From: Eledone cirrhosa
Taxonomy: Eukaryota
Assembly (NCBI GenBank): GCA_964016885.1
Contig: OZ024754.1
Coordinates: forward strand, 15,934,001 to 15,998,000
Length of the DNA: 64,000 nt
Reading direction: 5' to 3'
The position numbers were made by a program, and so were the translations under genes. Positions 1 to 12,173 of the stretch are shown piece by piece. The notes under the pieces were generated by a model that saw only the letters and a program-made list of their open reading frames with translations, searched no databases and had not been told where the DNA came from. Position 1 is the stretch's first letter. Each line of letters starts with the position of its first letter.

Positions 1-217
1 CTATACAAATATAATTTTAATTGATCAAAGTGTAAATTTGTTAATTTTCAAATTGATTTATTATTTTTTTTTTTTTTATTAATTTAAAATTTGCTTTTTA
101 ATTTATGCTTTGTTAAAAAAAACCATTGTTCAGAAACTGACTAAATATTCACTGTCTGGTTTATATATTTATTGAAATATTATGTGAATTTAAAATTGTG
201 TGGTATGTGTGTGTGTT

Positions 218-220
<3 letters not shown>

Positions 221-307
<87 letters not shown>
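221..307. repeat. (CT)n-(TA)n microsatellite
   Basis: Directly visible dinucleotide runs. Confidence 0.95.
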
Positions 308-313
<6 letters not shown>

Positions 314-1150
314 ATAAAATAAGAATGAATAACCAATTTAGACTTATAACATAATTTTACTCTACTTACGTTTCAATGTATAATTGCTGTACCTCAATAT
401 ATATTGGACATTAGTCTGCTGCTCTACATATCTTCAGGAATACAAATATTGCCATAAGCATCAATATATATATATATATATATCAGAGTAATGAGAAAAA
501 GATACATTACAAAATATGTCAGATGATAGGGGATAAAATACCTCCCTGGTAAAGTACATATAAACTACGGGTGGAACGGTATATACAAATTAATCAAAAG
601 AATAAATCAAAGTGTACAAACCTTCCATTATAACTATATAGATCTGGACATAATAAAATAATTATGTTTCGATATAGAATGCGAAGAATTCATAATACAG
701 GAGCTTATCAATGGGTATACCTGCAATTATGAACTTCACAACAGAGAGAGAACAGGTAACTAATGAGATGCATATGGTTTCAACAAGAAAGCCAACTGAT
801 TCAGTCAGCCCAAGGTGGCTTGAATAGGCTATGAGGCTGCTAAAAATAGCAGCCTAGAGTCATTCAACTAGGAAAAAGCTCTATTAATTAATAAATTAGG
901 AGCTAAATATATAAAAAAATGTGTTTGTGTTTGTACCTCTCAGTTTTGGATACACCTATATTCCTGCTGGGGTCAAGAATAGCATTCAAATGTAAAACAT
1001 TGTTTCAATCCATTCCGTCATGGAAGAGTGGACATAAAAACGATGATGATGATGATGTGTATTATGACATGTAGGGATACAGTATATCTATTCTAAAAAA
1101 ACGGGATAAACATGGGATTGTATAAATATATGTGAATGTGTAAAAAAATA

Positions 1151-1181
<31 letters not shown>

Positions 1182-1267
1182 CAAGGACGGTGTCCCAGCA
1201 TGGCCTCGGCCAGATGGCTGGAACAGGTAAAAGAGATATGTATATATATATGTGTAAGACAGTTGTT

Positions 1268-1478
1268 TGTGGTATTCGTTTCAGCTCTCTACTCTCTTGG
1301 TGGCAGTTCAAATCCCACCAAGGTCAACTTTGCCTTTCATCCTTTCAAGGTTGATATAAAAAAAAGTACCAGTCAAGGTTTGGGGTCAATTCTTCATTTA
1401 TATCTCTTTCTCGCTTCCTTTCCCTCAGTTTCTATCCTTCTTTGGAAGAAACCTGCTGTACTCAGGTCTGGAGAGAGG
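1268..1478 (+). mobile_element. tRNA-derived SINE with Nin-like central domain (degenerate)
   Basis: B-box-like GTTCAAATCCC followed by GGTCAACTTTGCCTTTCATCCTTTC...GATA...AAGTACCAG; related copies at 4025-4262 (+) and about 45355-45530 (-). Boundaries approximate. Confidence 0.7.
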
Positions 1479-1782
1479 AGATGAGTTCTGCCAGGCTTAA
1501 AATGCCCTAGAAATGCCGTATGTCAAGATGGCGCCCCTATGATTCCCTCAGAAGTTACAGGGCCATATATTTGTAGAAAGTAAACAAATAACAAAACAAA
1601 TGACACAGTAGAATGAAGAACTATATTAGTTTAATGCTTGATATAGTAGGAACTACTCCTTCATCAGAAGATAGAATGAGAAATAAAAGATGTAATAGAA
1701 AGATAGAGATTGAGGAGAGGAAGAAACGGAAAAAAAATTTTTTTTTTGAGAAAAACCTTGTGTATATAAAGTCAGCCATTTT

Positions 1783-1823
<41 letters not shown>

Positions 1824-2104
1824 TAATAATAATAATAAATTTGAAGACTAAAATCCGAAGAGGGCTTGATAAGGATAAATATATATCAAATATATAAGAA
1901 CTGTAGAGCAAATAATACATATATATATATATATATATATATAAAATAATATGTATATCTTATATGTATGTAATGTGTGTATATATATACATATATGTAT
2001 GTATGTATAGGTGCGTGTATATATATATATAATGTATGTATAGTATATTTGGCAATATACTATACATACATTCATGTATACATCGCTATTTCAGAGCACC
2101 AATC

Positions 2105-2138
<34 letters not shown>

Positions 2139-2363
2139 GTAAAATGACTGGAGGCCGGACTGGTGAAATTCCTTCAAAGATTTATTTCAGCAGACACGAT
2201 GTACATTTCAGTGGCCAGGTTACGTAATATAATGAACACACTTGTATATATCATCATTGAAAGGTATTCCATTTAAACTGGAAAAGAAACACAATTAAAT
2301 TATGTTGCACCATACACCAGGTACAGAGTGTAGATTAATTCATTAAAGATGTGTCTCTTACAG

Positions 2364-2518
2364 GACTTGTTCTGTTTCCTTCAGTTAAAAATTCGTCAGT
2401 GAGTGATGGATGTTTGCCAATTCCTTCTTTATATAAGTTATTGATCAGATGGCCTCAGGATTTGGTAGGGGGACAGATTGCTTGTGTATGTGTGAGTGTA
2501 TTACTTTTGCTTGAGAAG
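2364..2518 (+). CDS. Candidate internal exon of an unidentified gene (LVLFPSVKNSSVSDGCLPIPSLYKLLIRWPQDLVGGQIACVCVSVLLLLEK)
   Basis: Acceptor tctcttacag| at 2363, consensus donor AAG|gtgagt at 2518, one open frame (phase 1 to 0), non-repetitive sequence. Family not recognised. Confidence 0.45.
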
Positions 2519-3333
2519 GTGAGTAGCTCAGTTGTTATAGTGTTCAGCTCACAGCCATAAATTTATAAGTTCGATTTTTGTCACTGCATTGTGTCCTTGA
2601 GTATGTCACTTTGTTTCATGTTGCTTCAGTCCACTCAGCTAGAAAAAAAGGTGCCTTACCTATAATTCAAAAGGTCAGTCTTCTCATACACTGTATCATG
2701 CTGAATCTCCCTAAGAACTATGTTAATGAAAATATTAAACACTTAATATATATATTTACACATTTCTATCTTATATCTGTGTGTGTATGTACCATTGAAG
2801 GTGCCTGGTTTCATGGTTAGGTGCTCAGTTTATGATCGCAAGGTCATCAGTTGTACCTGTGATTCAAAGAGCCAGCTTTATCACACTGAATCTCCCTGAG
2901 AAATTGTTATGTTATGTAAATTAGCAAATATTCATCACTGTCTTATGGATTCTTAACTAAAGGAAACAAAACTAGTTTTGTAGGAGAGTCACATCTTAAT
3001 GAATATATATATGTATGTGTGTAATATATATGTGTATATATGTATACATATATATGTATGTGTGTGTGTACATATATATATATGTCTGTATATATAATGT
3101 ATATTTGTGTGTGTATATATATGTATATGGGTATATGTATACATATATATACGTATATGTGTGTGCGTGAATATATATATATAATATGTATATTTGTGTG
3201 TGTATATATATATATATATATACACTTATATATTTAAATCAAATCAAAATATTTGGAAAAATCTCAAAAAATAGATGGTTTAATAACTAAATTTGTTGTA
3301 CAATAAATAACCTAATATTTATAACAGCTTTCT

Positions 3334-3520
3334 TTAATCCTTTAGCATGTAAATGAGCCATATCCAGCTAGAATTTTCTCAACTCTTTCTGTTCAAACCG
3401 GCTGTTCATAAATAATATCAAAAACTCATAGATTCGATATTATGTGAGATAATTGAGGTAAAGTCTTTACCATGAAAACATAACAGTAAATATAGAGTAA
3501 TGTAAATGCTTAAGGGTTAA
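3334..3520. mobile_element. piggyBac-like MITE (TTAA-flanked, TIR CCCTTTAGCATTTA)
   Basis: ttaa-tcctttagcatgtaaa ... taaatgcttaaggg-ttaa; same family at about 5397-5600, 34790-34914, 40436-40799, 42530-42731, 46865-47068 and 55626-55853. Confidence 0.7.
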
Positions 3521-3740
3521 ACAAGGCTGTGTTCCCTATGTTATATATCTCAATAGAATCTATTATTCTATTTGATTGTATATCCTATATACATATATAT
3601 GAACATGTATGTATATATATATGTACATATGTATGTGTATGTATATATGTATCTGTGTGTGTGTATAATATAAATATATATATATGAATGTGTGTATATA
3701 TGTATATATGTGTGTGTATGTATACTTAAACTCCAGCCAG

Positions 3741-3872
3741 GAGTTGTGCAATGCTGATAGTATCAGCAATGGAAACAAGGTTACATTGTTTCCTCAGTCT
3801 GATGATCCGATGATCATCTATTTCCTTTTTTATTTTTTTAAAAATGAATCACTGTTTGACAATGTTAATTCT
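3741..3872 (+). CDS. Weak candidate exon following 2364-2518 (ELCNADSISNGNKVTLFPQSDDPMIIYFLFYFFKNESLFDNVNS)
   Basis: ccag| acceptor, |gtgagt donor, 132 nt, phase 0/0 compatible with the previous candidate; polypyrimidine tract is weak. Confidence 0.28.
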
Positions 3873-4024
3873 GTGAGTTCTGTATTTTGGTCATAACCCA
3901 GTGAATTGTTCTTCCCTAATTATTATTATATGTATAAACACACATTTTAAACACTATTTCAATTAAATGAAACATTGACTTAAAAATTACTTCTTATTTT
4001 ATTTTATATAATCCTTTCGTTTAT

Positions 4025-4262
4025 AAAGCAGTGAATTGGCAGAATCGTTAGAATGCTTTGTGGTATTTGGTCCGGCTCTTTTGCTCTCTGAGTTCAAACC
4101 CCGTGAAAGTAAACTTTGTCTTTCATCCTTTCAATGTCGATAAAAAAAGTAACAGTCTAGTACTGGGGTTGATTTTTCCTTTATATCTCTTTCTCACGTC
4201 CTCTCTCTCTCAATTTATATCCTTCTCTGAAAGAAATCTGCTGTACTCAGGCCTGGAAAGGT
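4025..4262 (+). mobile_element. tRNA-derived SINE with Nin-like domain
   Basis: A-box-like TGGCAGAATCG, B-box GTTCAAACCC, CTTTCATCCTTTCAATGTCGATAAA domain; similar to 1268-1478. Confidence 0.7.
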
Positions 4263-4289
4263 TTCTCCTGAATAAAAGGTTTCTCCTGA

Positions 4290-4696
4290 ATTGGCTGTAT
4301 GTGAAGTACTATGCTGCAGGGGATATGCACAGGCTAGAGAGAAATGAAGAGATGAAGGAAGCAAGTTTTGGTGGATGTGCAATGTAAATAATGTAAGAGA
4401 ACGACAGAGCTTGGATGAACTAAGGCAAAAACTGAATATATATAAGAGGAATCAGAAGTAGTGTGCAAGAGAGAAGACTGCATTGGTATGGACATGTGGT
4501 GCACATTCATAGTGATCACTTGGTGAAGAAATGCAAAGAAATCCCAGTGGAAGGAAGCTGCAGTTGAGGAAGACCTGGGAAGAGGGAGTGGGAGCTGATC
4601 TCAAATCGCTGAATCTCACAGTGGAGATGACAAAGGATAGTGATGTGCTAAAGCAGACCCATCTAATCCATACAAGCTTGTAAAAACGATGATGAT
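4290..4696 (+). mobile_element. Old RTE LINE 3' fragment with (GAT)n tail and short 3' UTR
   Basis: Degenerate RLERNE...RLHWYGH...GRPxK motifs and tail aaaaacgatgatgat. Confidence 0.75.
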
Positions 4697-5819
4697 TTAT
4701 TAATCCCTATAGAACTAAAGAGGTTGGTATTATGAAGGGCATTTAGCTATAAAATACTGCCTTAAAAAGTCCCATCCAACCCATACCAATATGGAAAAGA
4801 AAACATAAAGAGTTATAAGACCATTTTTACTCTACTAAAGCAAGGAGGGGCCTTGCATGGTCTCATAATAGGCTTCATACTCATTATTGGGGTCCTTTTC
4901 CAAAAAATGTTTTTCTATCAAAATATATTTTGCGATTAGTGAAAAGAAATCAATAGTTTAGAGTTAAACTCCAGGTGAGAGGAATCTGTTACCTAGCTTT
5001 CATTTAATTTCTCAGACATTGTTAATGTTTTGGAGGGCAAGCCATAATGTTATTTTAAAAAAGGAAATAAAATTTACAGCTCACAGTTATGCAGGTTTAG
5101 CAGGCCTGCCTTTAGTTTGTATTTCATGGGGTGTTTTAATGATAGGGTCCCAATCTTATGTTGTTATTACAGTTCACACCTATGTACGTTTATCTGCCCC
5201 ACCCCAATGAATTTGCATCACATAGGGATTCCTAGGCTGTTTTAATGATAGCACCCTGCCCCTCAATAATTTGTACAGTGAATGAAAATAAAGGAATTTT
5301 CAAAACTGTTTTCAATAAAGTTAATTAATAAACACACTAAAATGAAAAACTATTCCAAGTTATTCTCTTTTGATTTTATTCTTTTGTTCTTTTGTGTAAC
5401 CCTTTAGCATTTAAACAGGTCATATCCATCCAGAATTTTCTCACCTCTTTCTTTTCAAACAGGCTGTAACTGGCTGCTCATACTGATGTAAAGGTATTGT
5501 TCTCAAAATAAATAATATCGACATCTCATAGATTTCATATTACATGAGGTAAAGCCTTTACTGTGAAAATATAATAGAAAATATAGAGTAATTAATGTAA
5601 ATACTATCTACGAAATTAAAGAAATCACTTAAGTTGATGTTGAGATACAGAGACATCTTTGCTATTGTTTGCTAACTTCATTCTTTTCATCTACTCTGTG
5701 TTTGAAAATACAGTTGATTTCCTTTGGATGAAACAGTTCTAGTCTTGTAGAAGCCATTTACACACACATATATATATATAAATTAGAATTGGTGCTCTGA
5801 AATAGCGATATATATATGA

Positions 5820-6272
5820 ATGTATATATAGTGTATTTTGCAATACACTGTATGCTTAATTAAAAGCAATTTGAAGACTATACACTATTGTTTTAAAATA
5901 GTGACAATGTCACTTATTTAAATTTCCAGCAAACAGGGGAGATAAACTGACGGAGCTCTGTTTCGTACTTTTTGGTACTTATCAATTCTAATTTTCAATT
6001 TCTGCTGGACCGGCGACCGCTCTGTATAATCAGTTCCTGATTATTACTGGAGTTCTATAAGAATCCAACACACATAATTTTCAGCAAACAGGAGGAGTAG
6101 TGAGCTTTGATAAGTACCAAAAAGTACGAAACAGAGCTCCGTCAGTTTATCTCCCCTGTTTGCTGGAAATTTAAATAAGTGACATTGTCACTATTTTAAA
6201 ACAATAGCGTATGGTCTTCAAAATGCCTTTAATTAAGCATACAGTGTATTGCAAAATACACTATATATACAT
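5820..6272. repeat. 166-bp inverted repeat (5820-5985 / 6107-6272), probable Penelope-like terminal repeat
   Basis: Arms are near-perfect reverse complements with a ~121-bp spacer; each arm carries a hammerhead-type core at its inner end; related sequence at about 2040-2108. Confidence 0.8.
6077..6171 (+). ncRNA. Type I hammerhead ribozyme-like motif, U3-A8 variant
   Basis: Helix I GAGCT(6102-6106)/AGTTT(6144-6148), extended by CAGCAAACAGG/CCTGTTTGCTG; core TTGATAA (6107-6113); helix II GTAC-CAAAAA-GTAC; GAAA (6128-6131); palindromic helix III C-AGAGCTCC-G; cleavage triplet GTC (6141-6143). Confidence 0.7.
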
Positions 6273-8112
6273 CATTAACTGCTACAAGGGTAAAGGAGAT
6301 GCCCTAGATAGGAGTAACTATAGAGGCATTAAATTAATCGACCAGGTCATGAAGGTCACGGAAAAAGTAATACCGCAACTAATCAGAGAGCGAATTGATC
6401 TAGATGAAATGCAGTTCGGGTTTGTGTCAGGTAAAAGTACCACAGACGCTCTTTTCATTGTATGACAACTACAGGAGAAGTACCTAGCTAAAAGTAAACC
6501 CCTATACTTAGCTTTTGTCGACTTGGAGAAAGCCTTTGACAGAGTCACCCGTTCCATTATCTGTTGGGCTCTTAGAAAACTAGGTGTTGATGAATGGCTT
6601 GTGAGGGCTATACAAGCCATCTATAAAGAAACAGTCAGCAAGGTTAGAATTAACAACGAATATAGTGAAGAGTTTAGCGTAAAAGTTGGTGTTCATCAGG
6701 GCTCCGTTCTTAGCCCCCTACTATTTATTATTGCCCTTCAGGCTATAACAGTGGAGTTCAAGACCGGCTGCCCATGGGAACTCCTATACGCAGATGATCT
6801 AATGCTCATAGCTGAATCAATGGCTGAACTAGAGAAGAAATTCCAAACATGGAAGCATGGCCTAGAATCAAAAGGCCTTAAAATTAACCTGTCTAAGACT
6901 AAAGTTCTAGTTTGTAGGGAAATGGCCATGCTCAGTGTGTAGGAAAGAAGTAGGTAGAAGCTCCATTTTATGTCCCAAATGCAAAGTATGGGTGGATAAA
7001 AGATGTAGTGGGATCACAGGTAAGCTAACTAAGAATATAGATTTTATATGTGGCCGGTGCTCTGGTGCAATAAGTAGCAGCAAGTGCCCACAGAATACTA
7101 GCTCATTCCATTGCACAGATGGTTCTATAGAAATAGTGGACACCTTCCGTTACTTGGGTGACAAAATCAGCAGTGGTGGAGGGTGCTCTGAAAGTACAGT
7201 AGCTAGAGTCAGAACTGGATGGAAAAAGTTCAGAGAGCTTATACCACTATTAGCCGCTAAAGGGCTCTCTCTAAAAATGAAAGGCAAGCTGTATGATGCC
7301 TGCATACGAACAACAATGTTACATGGCAGTGAGACCTGGGCATTGTGTGCAGAGGATATTTACAGACTGGAGAGGAACGAAGCTTGCATGCTCCGCTGGA
7401 TGTGTAATAGTAATATACGTGAACGGCAAAGCATAAACGAACTAAGGGAAAAATTAAAAATAAGAGGGATCAGATGTTGTTTACTTGAGAGAAGACTACA
7501 TTGGTATGGTCACGTGATGCGCATGAAAGACGACAGCTGTATAAAAAAGTGCAGGGCAATAAAAATAGACGGTAGCCACGGAGTAGGCAGACCCAGAAAA
7601 ACCTGGGACGACTTGATAAATTCCGACCTCACACACTTACACCTCTCCAAGACAATGTCACTGGACCGAGATCTTTGGCGCTACACAGTAATACAGAAGA
7701 CCCGCCTTACCTAAGTACAAAGTGAAACCTACTACAGTCAGTAGGCACCTCTATCAAAAATACAACCCCGTCCCACTAACCCCACCCTATCCACACCACC
7801 CCTTTCAATGTAAAGTTATGTTGGTACCACAACATCCAGTCTGAAACAAATGAGGTCGTGTAGGTGTCACGACAAAAAAACACACAGTCCACGCTGTAAT
7901 GTGGCCATGTAGGTAACATGGTAAAAACCTCCCAGTCCCACACTGTAAACGTGGTTGGTGTTAGGAAGAGCATCTAGCCGTAGAAAACCCGCCAGACAGT
8001 CCTATGCGAGCAAGACAACCACTCTTGCCTCAAGTGGGAAAACTCCCATCCAAACCCATGAAAGCGTGGAAGATGGACGTTAAACGATGATGATGATGAT
8101 GATGCTGATGAT
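6271..8112 (+). mobile_element. RTE-clade LINE, 5'-truncated (subfamily A), frameshifted RT
   Basis: NYRGIKL, QFGF, DLEKAFD, GVHQGSVLSPLLF, YADD, Cys/His cluster, RLHWYGHVMR, GRPRKTW; (GAT)n tail. Confidence 0.95.
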
Positions 8113-8116
8113 GCAC

Positions 8117-8318
8117 TGTTGTATTATTTTGTACTAAATCAAAGGTTTTTATTCAATCTAAGAATAATATAGAAAGAGTCAATAAGAGAAGAAATTAGTA
8201 AGGGTCAACAATACAACAAACAAGAACAGAACGAATACAACGAATAAGAATAAAAAGGAATCAATCAAAGTGATGCTTTAAAAGAAAGTGATGCTATAAA
8301 ACAAATCATATCATCACA
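8117..8318 (-). repeat. 3' LTR of the Gypsy element (202 bp)
   Basis: Matches 11980-12173 apart from about 3 substitutions and one indel region; preceded on the minus strand by the polypurine tract 8319-8331. Confidence 0.95.
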
Positions 8319-8560
8319 TTCTTTCCCTCTTGCGTTAATTGTTGTATCGCATTGGCCTCACTACTAAGCATCATCGGCGTGTTCTTTGTTGTTGGGGTGT
8401 GTTATTCGAGGTTAAGAATGTGTCAGAAGATTCATCGTCGTCGAATTCAGCACTCTCTGTAGAATTGTCATCAGCGGTAGATGTCATACTTTCGTTCCCA
8501 ACGGCCACAGGTGTAGATATTACTGTTGGTTGTGTTAAATTGGCGCCTTTTGGGGAGTTA

Positions 8561-11217
8561 TTATTCTGACACTCCGATGTTGTTGAATTTCCATTGTTTT
8601 GTGGTGATGCTGCTGGTGCGAGATTTGTAGTTGAGACTGTCTATTCTTCCACTATTAAATTGTACCTTGGCAAAGTGGGGTGAGATCGTTTCGATGAGTT
8701 GAACGTTTTCCGTGAGATCATCACCTTTATTCCTTATGTGACGTTGATGTAACACGATTGTGCCTGGTTTATTGAGAAACTCTGGTATTTCTGTGCCGTT
8801 GTTTGTCGATCTGGTGAATAAAAATACTCTTTCATGTGGCGTGGCGTTTGTAGCAGTGCAAAGCAATCCTCGGATAGACGACAGAGCGATTGGAATCATG
8901 TTACTCCATTTTTATTGAGGTTATTTGTCTTCAATGCCGGACTTATCGCTTTGCTTATTGTGCCGTTAACTCTTTCGCATTGGCCGTTGGCTTGGGGTCG
9001 ATATGGCGTGGTGTGGCTTTTTATAATGTTATTACTCCATAAGAAATCTTTGAGTTTTTGTGATTCAAATTGACGTCCCCTATCCGTATGAGTCGAACTG
9101 GGTTTTCCAAATATGGAGAATATCTCCAATAGATGTTTAATTACTACGTCCGTTGTTATCTCTTTACAGGGAATGGCGAAAGGAAAACATGAGTACTCAA
9201 CTATAGTCAATATAAATCGAAAACCGTTTGAGATAGCCATGGGACCCATAAAGTCCATTGATAGTCTTTCCCAGGTTCTTGTGGCATGTATTAATCTTCC
9301 TTGTGGTTTATAGAATTGTGGTTTACATTCACAGCATATTTTGCAATTGGCGATAACTTCTCTTATTTCATTAATAGGATATGCCAAGTTCATTGATTTA
9401 CAATAATGTAGAAGTCTGGTGAGCCCTGGATGATATAGATGTGAGTGAATATTGTATAATTTGTGTTCCGTCTTAGTAGAGCAGCAGCGCGATAGGGCGT
9501 CTGCGGCTTGGTTTAATGAACCATGTCTATATGAGAAGGTAAGGTTAAGATCGCTTAACTCCAGTCACCAGCGGGCTACCTTCTCGTTTTTAATCTTGGA
9601 AGTGTGTTTTTTGTTGAATGCAAATGCAACCGCTCGTTGGTCTGTTATGATATTACAATGTGGAACAGCACTGATCATATGCTTCCATTTTCTACAACAT
9701 TCTATAATTGCGCAAGCTTCCTTTTCGATGATGGAATGTCCTCTTTCTGACTTATTTAGGGTTCTACTAAGAAAAGCAATTGGACGACCATTTTGTGATA
9801 GAGTTCTGCCAATGACAATATTTGATGCGTCGGTTTTGATTGTAAATGGTGCGGTGAAATCGGGTGAACACAGTGATGCCTTTATGAGTTCTTCCTTCAT
9901 CTTATTAATAGTAGATTTTTCTTCGTTTGATAGACCTTGTTTATCAATGGCGTTTCTTGCCTTTGTAAGAACGACTGAGAGATTAGAAGAGCCCTTAATC
10001 CATTTAGCATAGTATGCAAAAAGACCGATTACCCGGTTCAACTCTTTTAACGTCTTTGGGAACGGCATGTCAATAAGGGCTTTCTACCTTTCAGGGCCCG
10101 GTCTTAATTTACCTTTTTCTATGACATGTCCAAGGAAATGTATTCTATTTTGATTAAAGCTGCATTTGTCTCGATTCAATTGCATACCTGCATTGCTAGC
10201 TGCATTCATGAATTGCTTTAAGTTATCGTTATGTTCTTCAACTGTGTCTCCTCCTATAATAATGTCGTCAAGGTATGAGTAGGTATTTTGTAAGTTGTAA
10301 TTGTCTATGAAAGTGTCCATTATTAGTTGGAAAATTGGAACGGCATTTGTGCATCCAAACGGAAGACGGATAAATTTGTATAGTCGGCCACAGGCCTCGA
10401 ATGCAGTCAACTTAAAGTCGGAAGATTTGATGGGTATTTGGTGATAAGCCGCCTTTAGATCTATTTTCGAGAAATACGTGTGTTTTGAAATTTTGTTGAG
10501 TAGGTCTTCGATTATGGCATTAGGGTATGAATCTAATGGTGTGTAACGATTTATAGTGCCTGAGTAGTCTATGACAAGACGTTTTTTGTTTTCTTGATCT
10601 ATTACGAAGCACCGTGCTCTCCATGGGCTTCTGCTCTGTTGAATTATTCCAGCTTTAAGCATTCTGTCGATTTCCGTTTTAATGAATTGCTGATCTTTAT
10701 TGTATTTTCGAGGAGGTATAGATAATGGTTTTAATTTTGTAGCATTGATACCAGGCATTAAATCATATTCTTCACAATTCAGAGTTTGCATTGACATACA
10801 TATCGTGACTGGTCTCATGTCCCCCGCATATTTTATTGTTAAAGACTTATGCCTTTTAAGTATATCAAGACCCATAACTACTGGAGCAATGAGTTTGTCA
10901 ACCACCATTAGATCGATGTGGTATTCTCGGCCCTCCCATTCTAATGTTGTTTCAAACGTACCTCGTATTATGAGTTTACTGTTGTCGGCTAAAATTACAC
11001 TCTTATTCTTAGTTTTCTTGAATTTACTTTGCCATTTTGACAAGTGGTTCATGTCAATGAAAGACTTGTCTGAGCCTGTGTCAAGTAAACCTTCTGTTTT
11101 ATGTGAATTAACATAAATTGTTAAAAGGTTTGTATTATGATTCACGGAAGCAAGTTTATAACAGGCAGTAAGATTACTACCATCATAGGCTTCATCGGGG
11201 CCCTCGTTATTATTCAA
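8561..11217 (-). pseudogene. Gypsy pol (protease, RT, RNase H, integrase), broken by stops and frameshifts
   Basis: ORF fragments 10084-11217 (LDTGS, DLKAAYHQI, RLPFG, YLDD), 9565-10068 (TDAS, IEKEA), 8896-9393 (CKICCE, DFMGP, TDRG, PQANGQCER) and 8561-8899. Confidence 0.92.
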
Positions 11218-11219
11218 GA

Positions 11220-11966
11220 CTGCTGTGTGTTTTATCTTCTTTAGTACCTTCTTATTTTTAACAAAACATACTGTTGCCCAGTGGCCTTTCTTGCGGCAGA
11301 AATTGGAAGTTGAATTTTTTGCAGAGTACTCTGATTTTTGGTGATATGAACCACCACACCAGAAACATTTTGATGAAGAAGCAGCGAATACGGGTTGTGA
11401 CGGCGGTGGTATTGTTGTTGTTGACAGATTTTGTGCGTCTTCTATTGCCAGTTCTAATGTGAGAGCGGTTTGGAATATTTTATCTAGATTTTCGTCAGGT
11501 GATTCCAGAAGTCATTGTTTTATGGTGGCGGATTGAACATCTGACACGAACGCATCACAAATCAACAATTGTCTATGTTGTTCCCCTGTTAGGGGTTTAG
11601 TGGGGCATCGTCAACAAGAAGGGCAATCATTGGAGGCCAACATGACTAAATTAAAAATTCAGTCATGTCGGCCTCCAATGATTGCCCTTCTTGTTGACGA
11701 TGGTTGCGTAGTTTATGTCGGGTCATTATTGCTGAGCCTTTCTTTTGAAATTTATTATCAAGAATGGATAACACCTCATCAAATGATGTTGCTTCTTCAA
11801 TGAGGGTATAAGCATTGGATCCGCAAATGACCAGAAGGACTGACAGCTTTCTTTCATCAGGAACAGACAAGTTTTCCAAATAGATCGCCAACATTCTCTT
11901 CCAGTAGGCATAATCGGATTCACTAGGATCATCCGGAAGAATTTTCTTGAATATTTTCGGATCCAT
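11220..11966 (-). pseudogene. Gypsy gag, disrupted by an inverted duplication and a stop
   Basis: ATG at 11966 (MDPKIFKK...YWKRML...KLSVLLVICG), DAFV...IKQ*LLE segment, zinc knuckles at about 11265-11370. Confidence 0.85.
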
Positions 11967-11979
11967 GATTGAATAAAAT

Positions 11980-12173
11980 TGTTGTATTATTTTGTACCAA
12001 ATCAAAGGTTTTTATTCAATCTAAGAATAATATAGAAAGAGTCAATAAGAGAAGAAATTAGTATGGGTTAACAATACAACAAACAAGAACAGAACGAATA
12101 CAACGAATAAGAATAAAAAGGAATCAAATCAAAGAGAAGAAAGTGATGCTATAAAACAAATCATATCATCACA
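11980..12173 (-). repeat. 5' LTR of the Gypsy element (194 bp)
   Basis: TGTGATGATATG...ATACAACA on the minus strand; contains AATAAA. Confidence 0.95.

Larger units (their letters stand above)
8117..12173 (-). mobile_element. Ty3/Gypsy LTR retrotransposon, Mag-like, full length but decayed
   Basis: Direct LTRs with TG...CA ends (8117-8318, 11980-12173); PPT AAGAGGGAAAGAA next to the 3' LTR; order gag-PR-RT-RH-IN; double zinc knuckle CFWCGGSYH...FCRKKGHWATVC. Confidence 0.95.

Noticed and set aside
365-437. Minus-strand CTGAAGA...GAAACGTA hammerhead-like motif
   Set aside because: Helix II is plausible but helix I does not pair; too degenerate to call.
4841-4974. Possible further exon of the orphan gene (hydrophobic QGGALHGLIIGFILIIGVLF...)
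   Set aside because: Weak AAG acceptor and stops in all frames before the gtgaga donor; not distinguishable from chance.
9452-11116. Plus-strand ORFs opposite Gypsy pol, and antisense ORFs over RTE copies and shugoshin exons
   Set aside because: Shadow ORFs of coding sequence on the other strand with no recognisable motifs.
11994-11999. TGGTAC as a tRNA PBS of the Gypsy element
   Set aside because: It lies inside the LTR (the equivalent position exists in the other LTR), not downstream of it.
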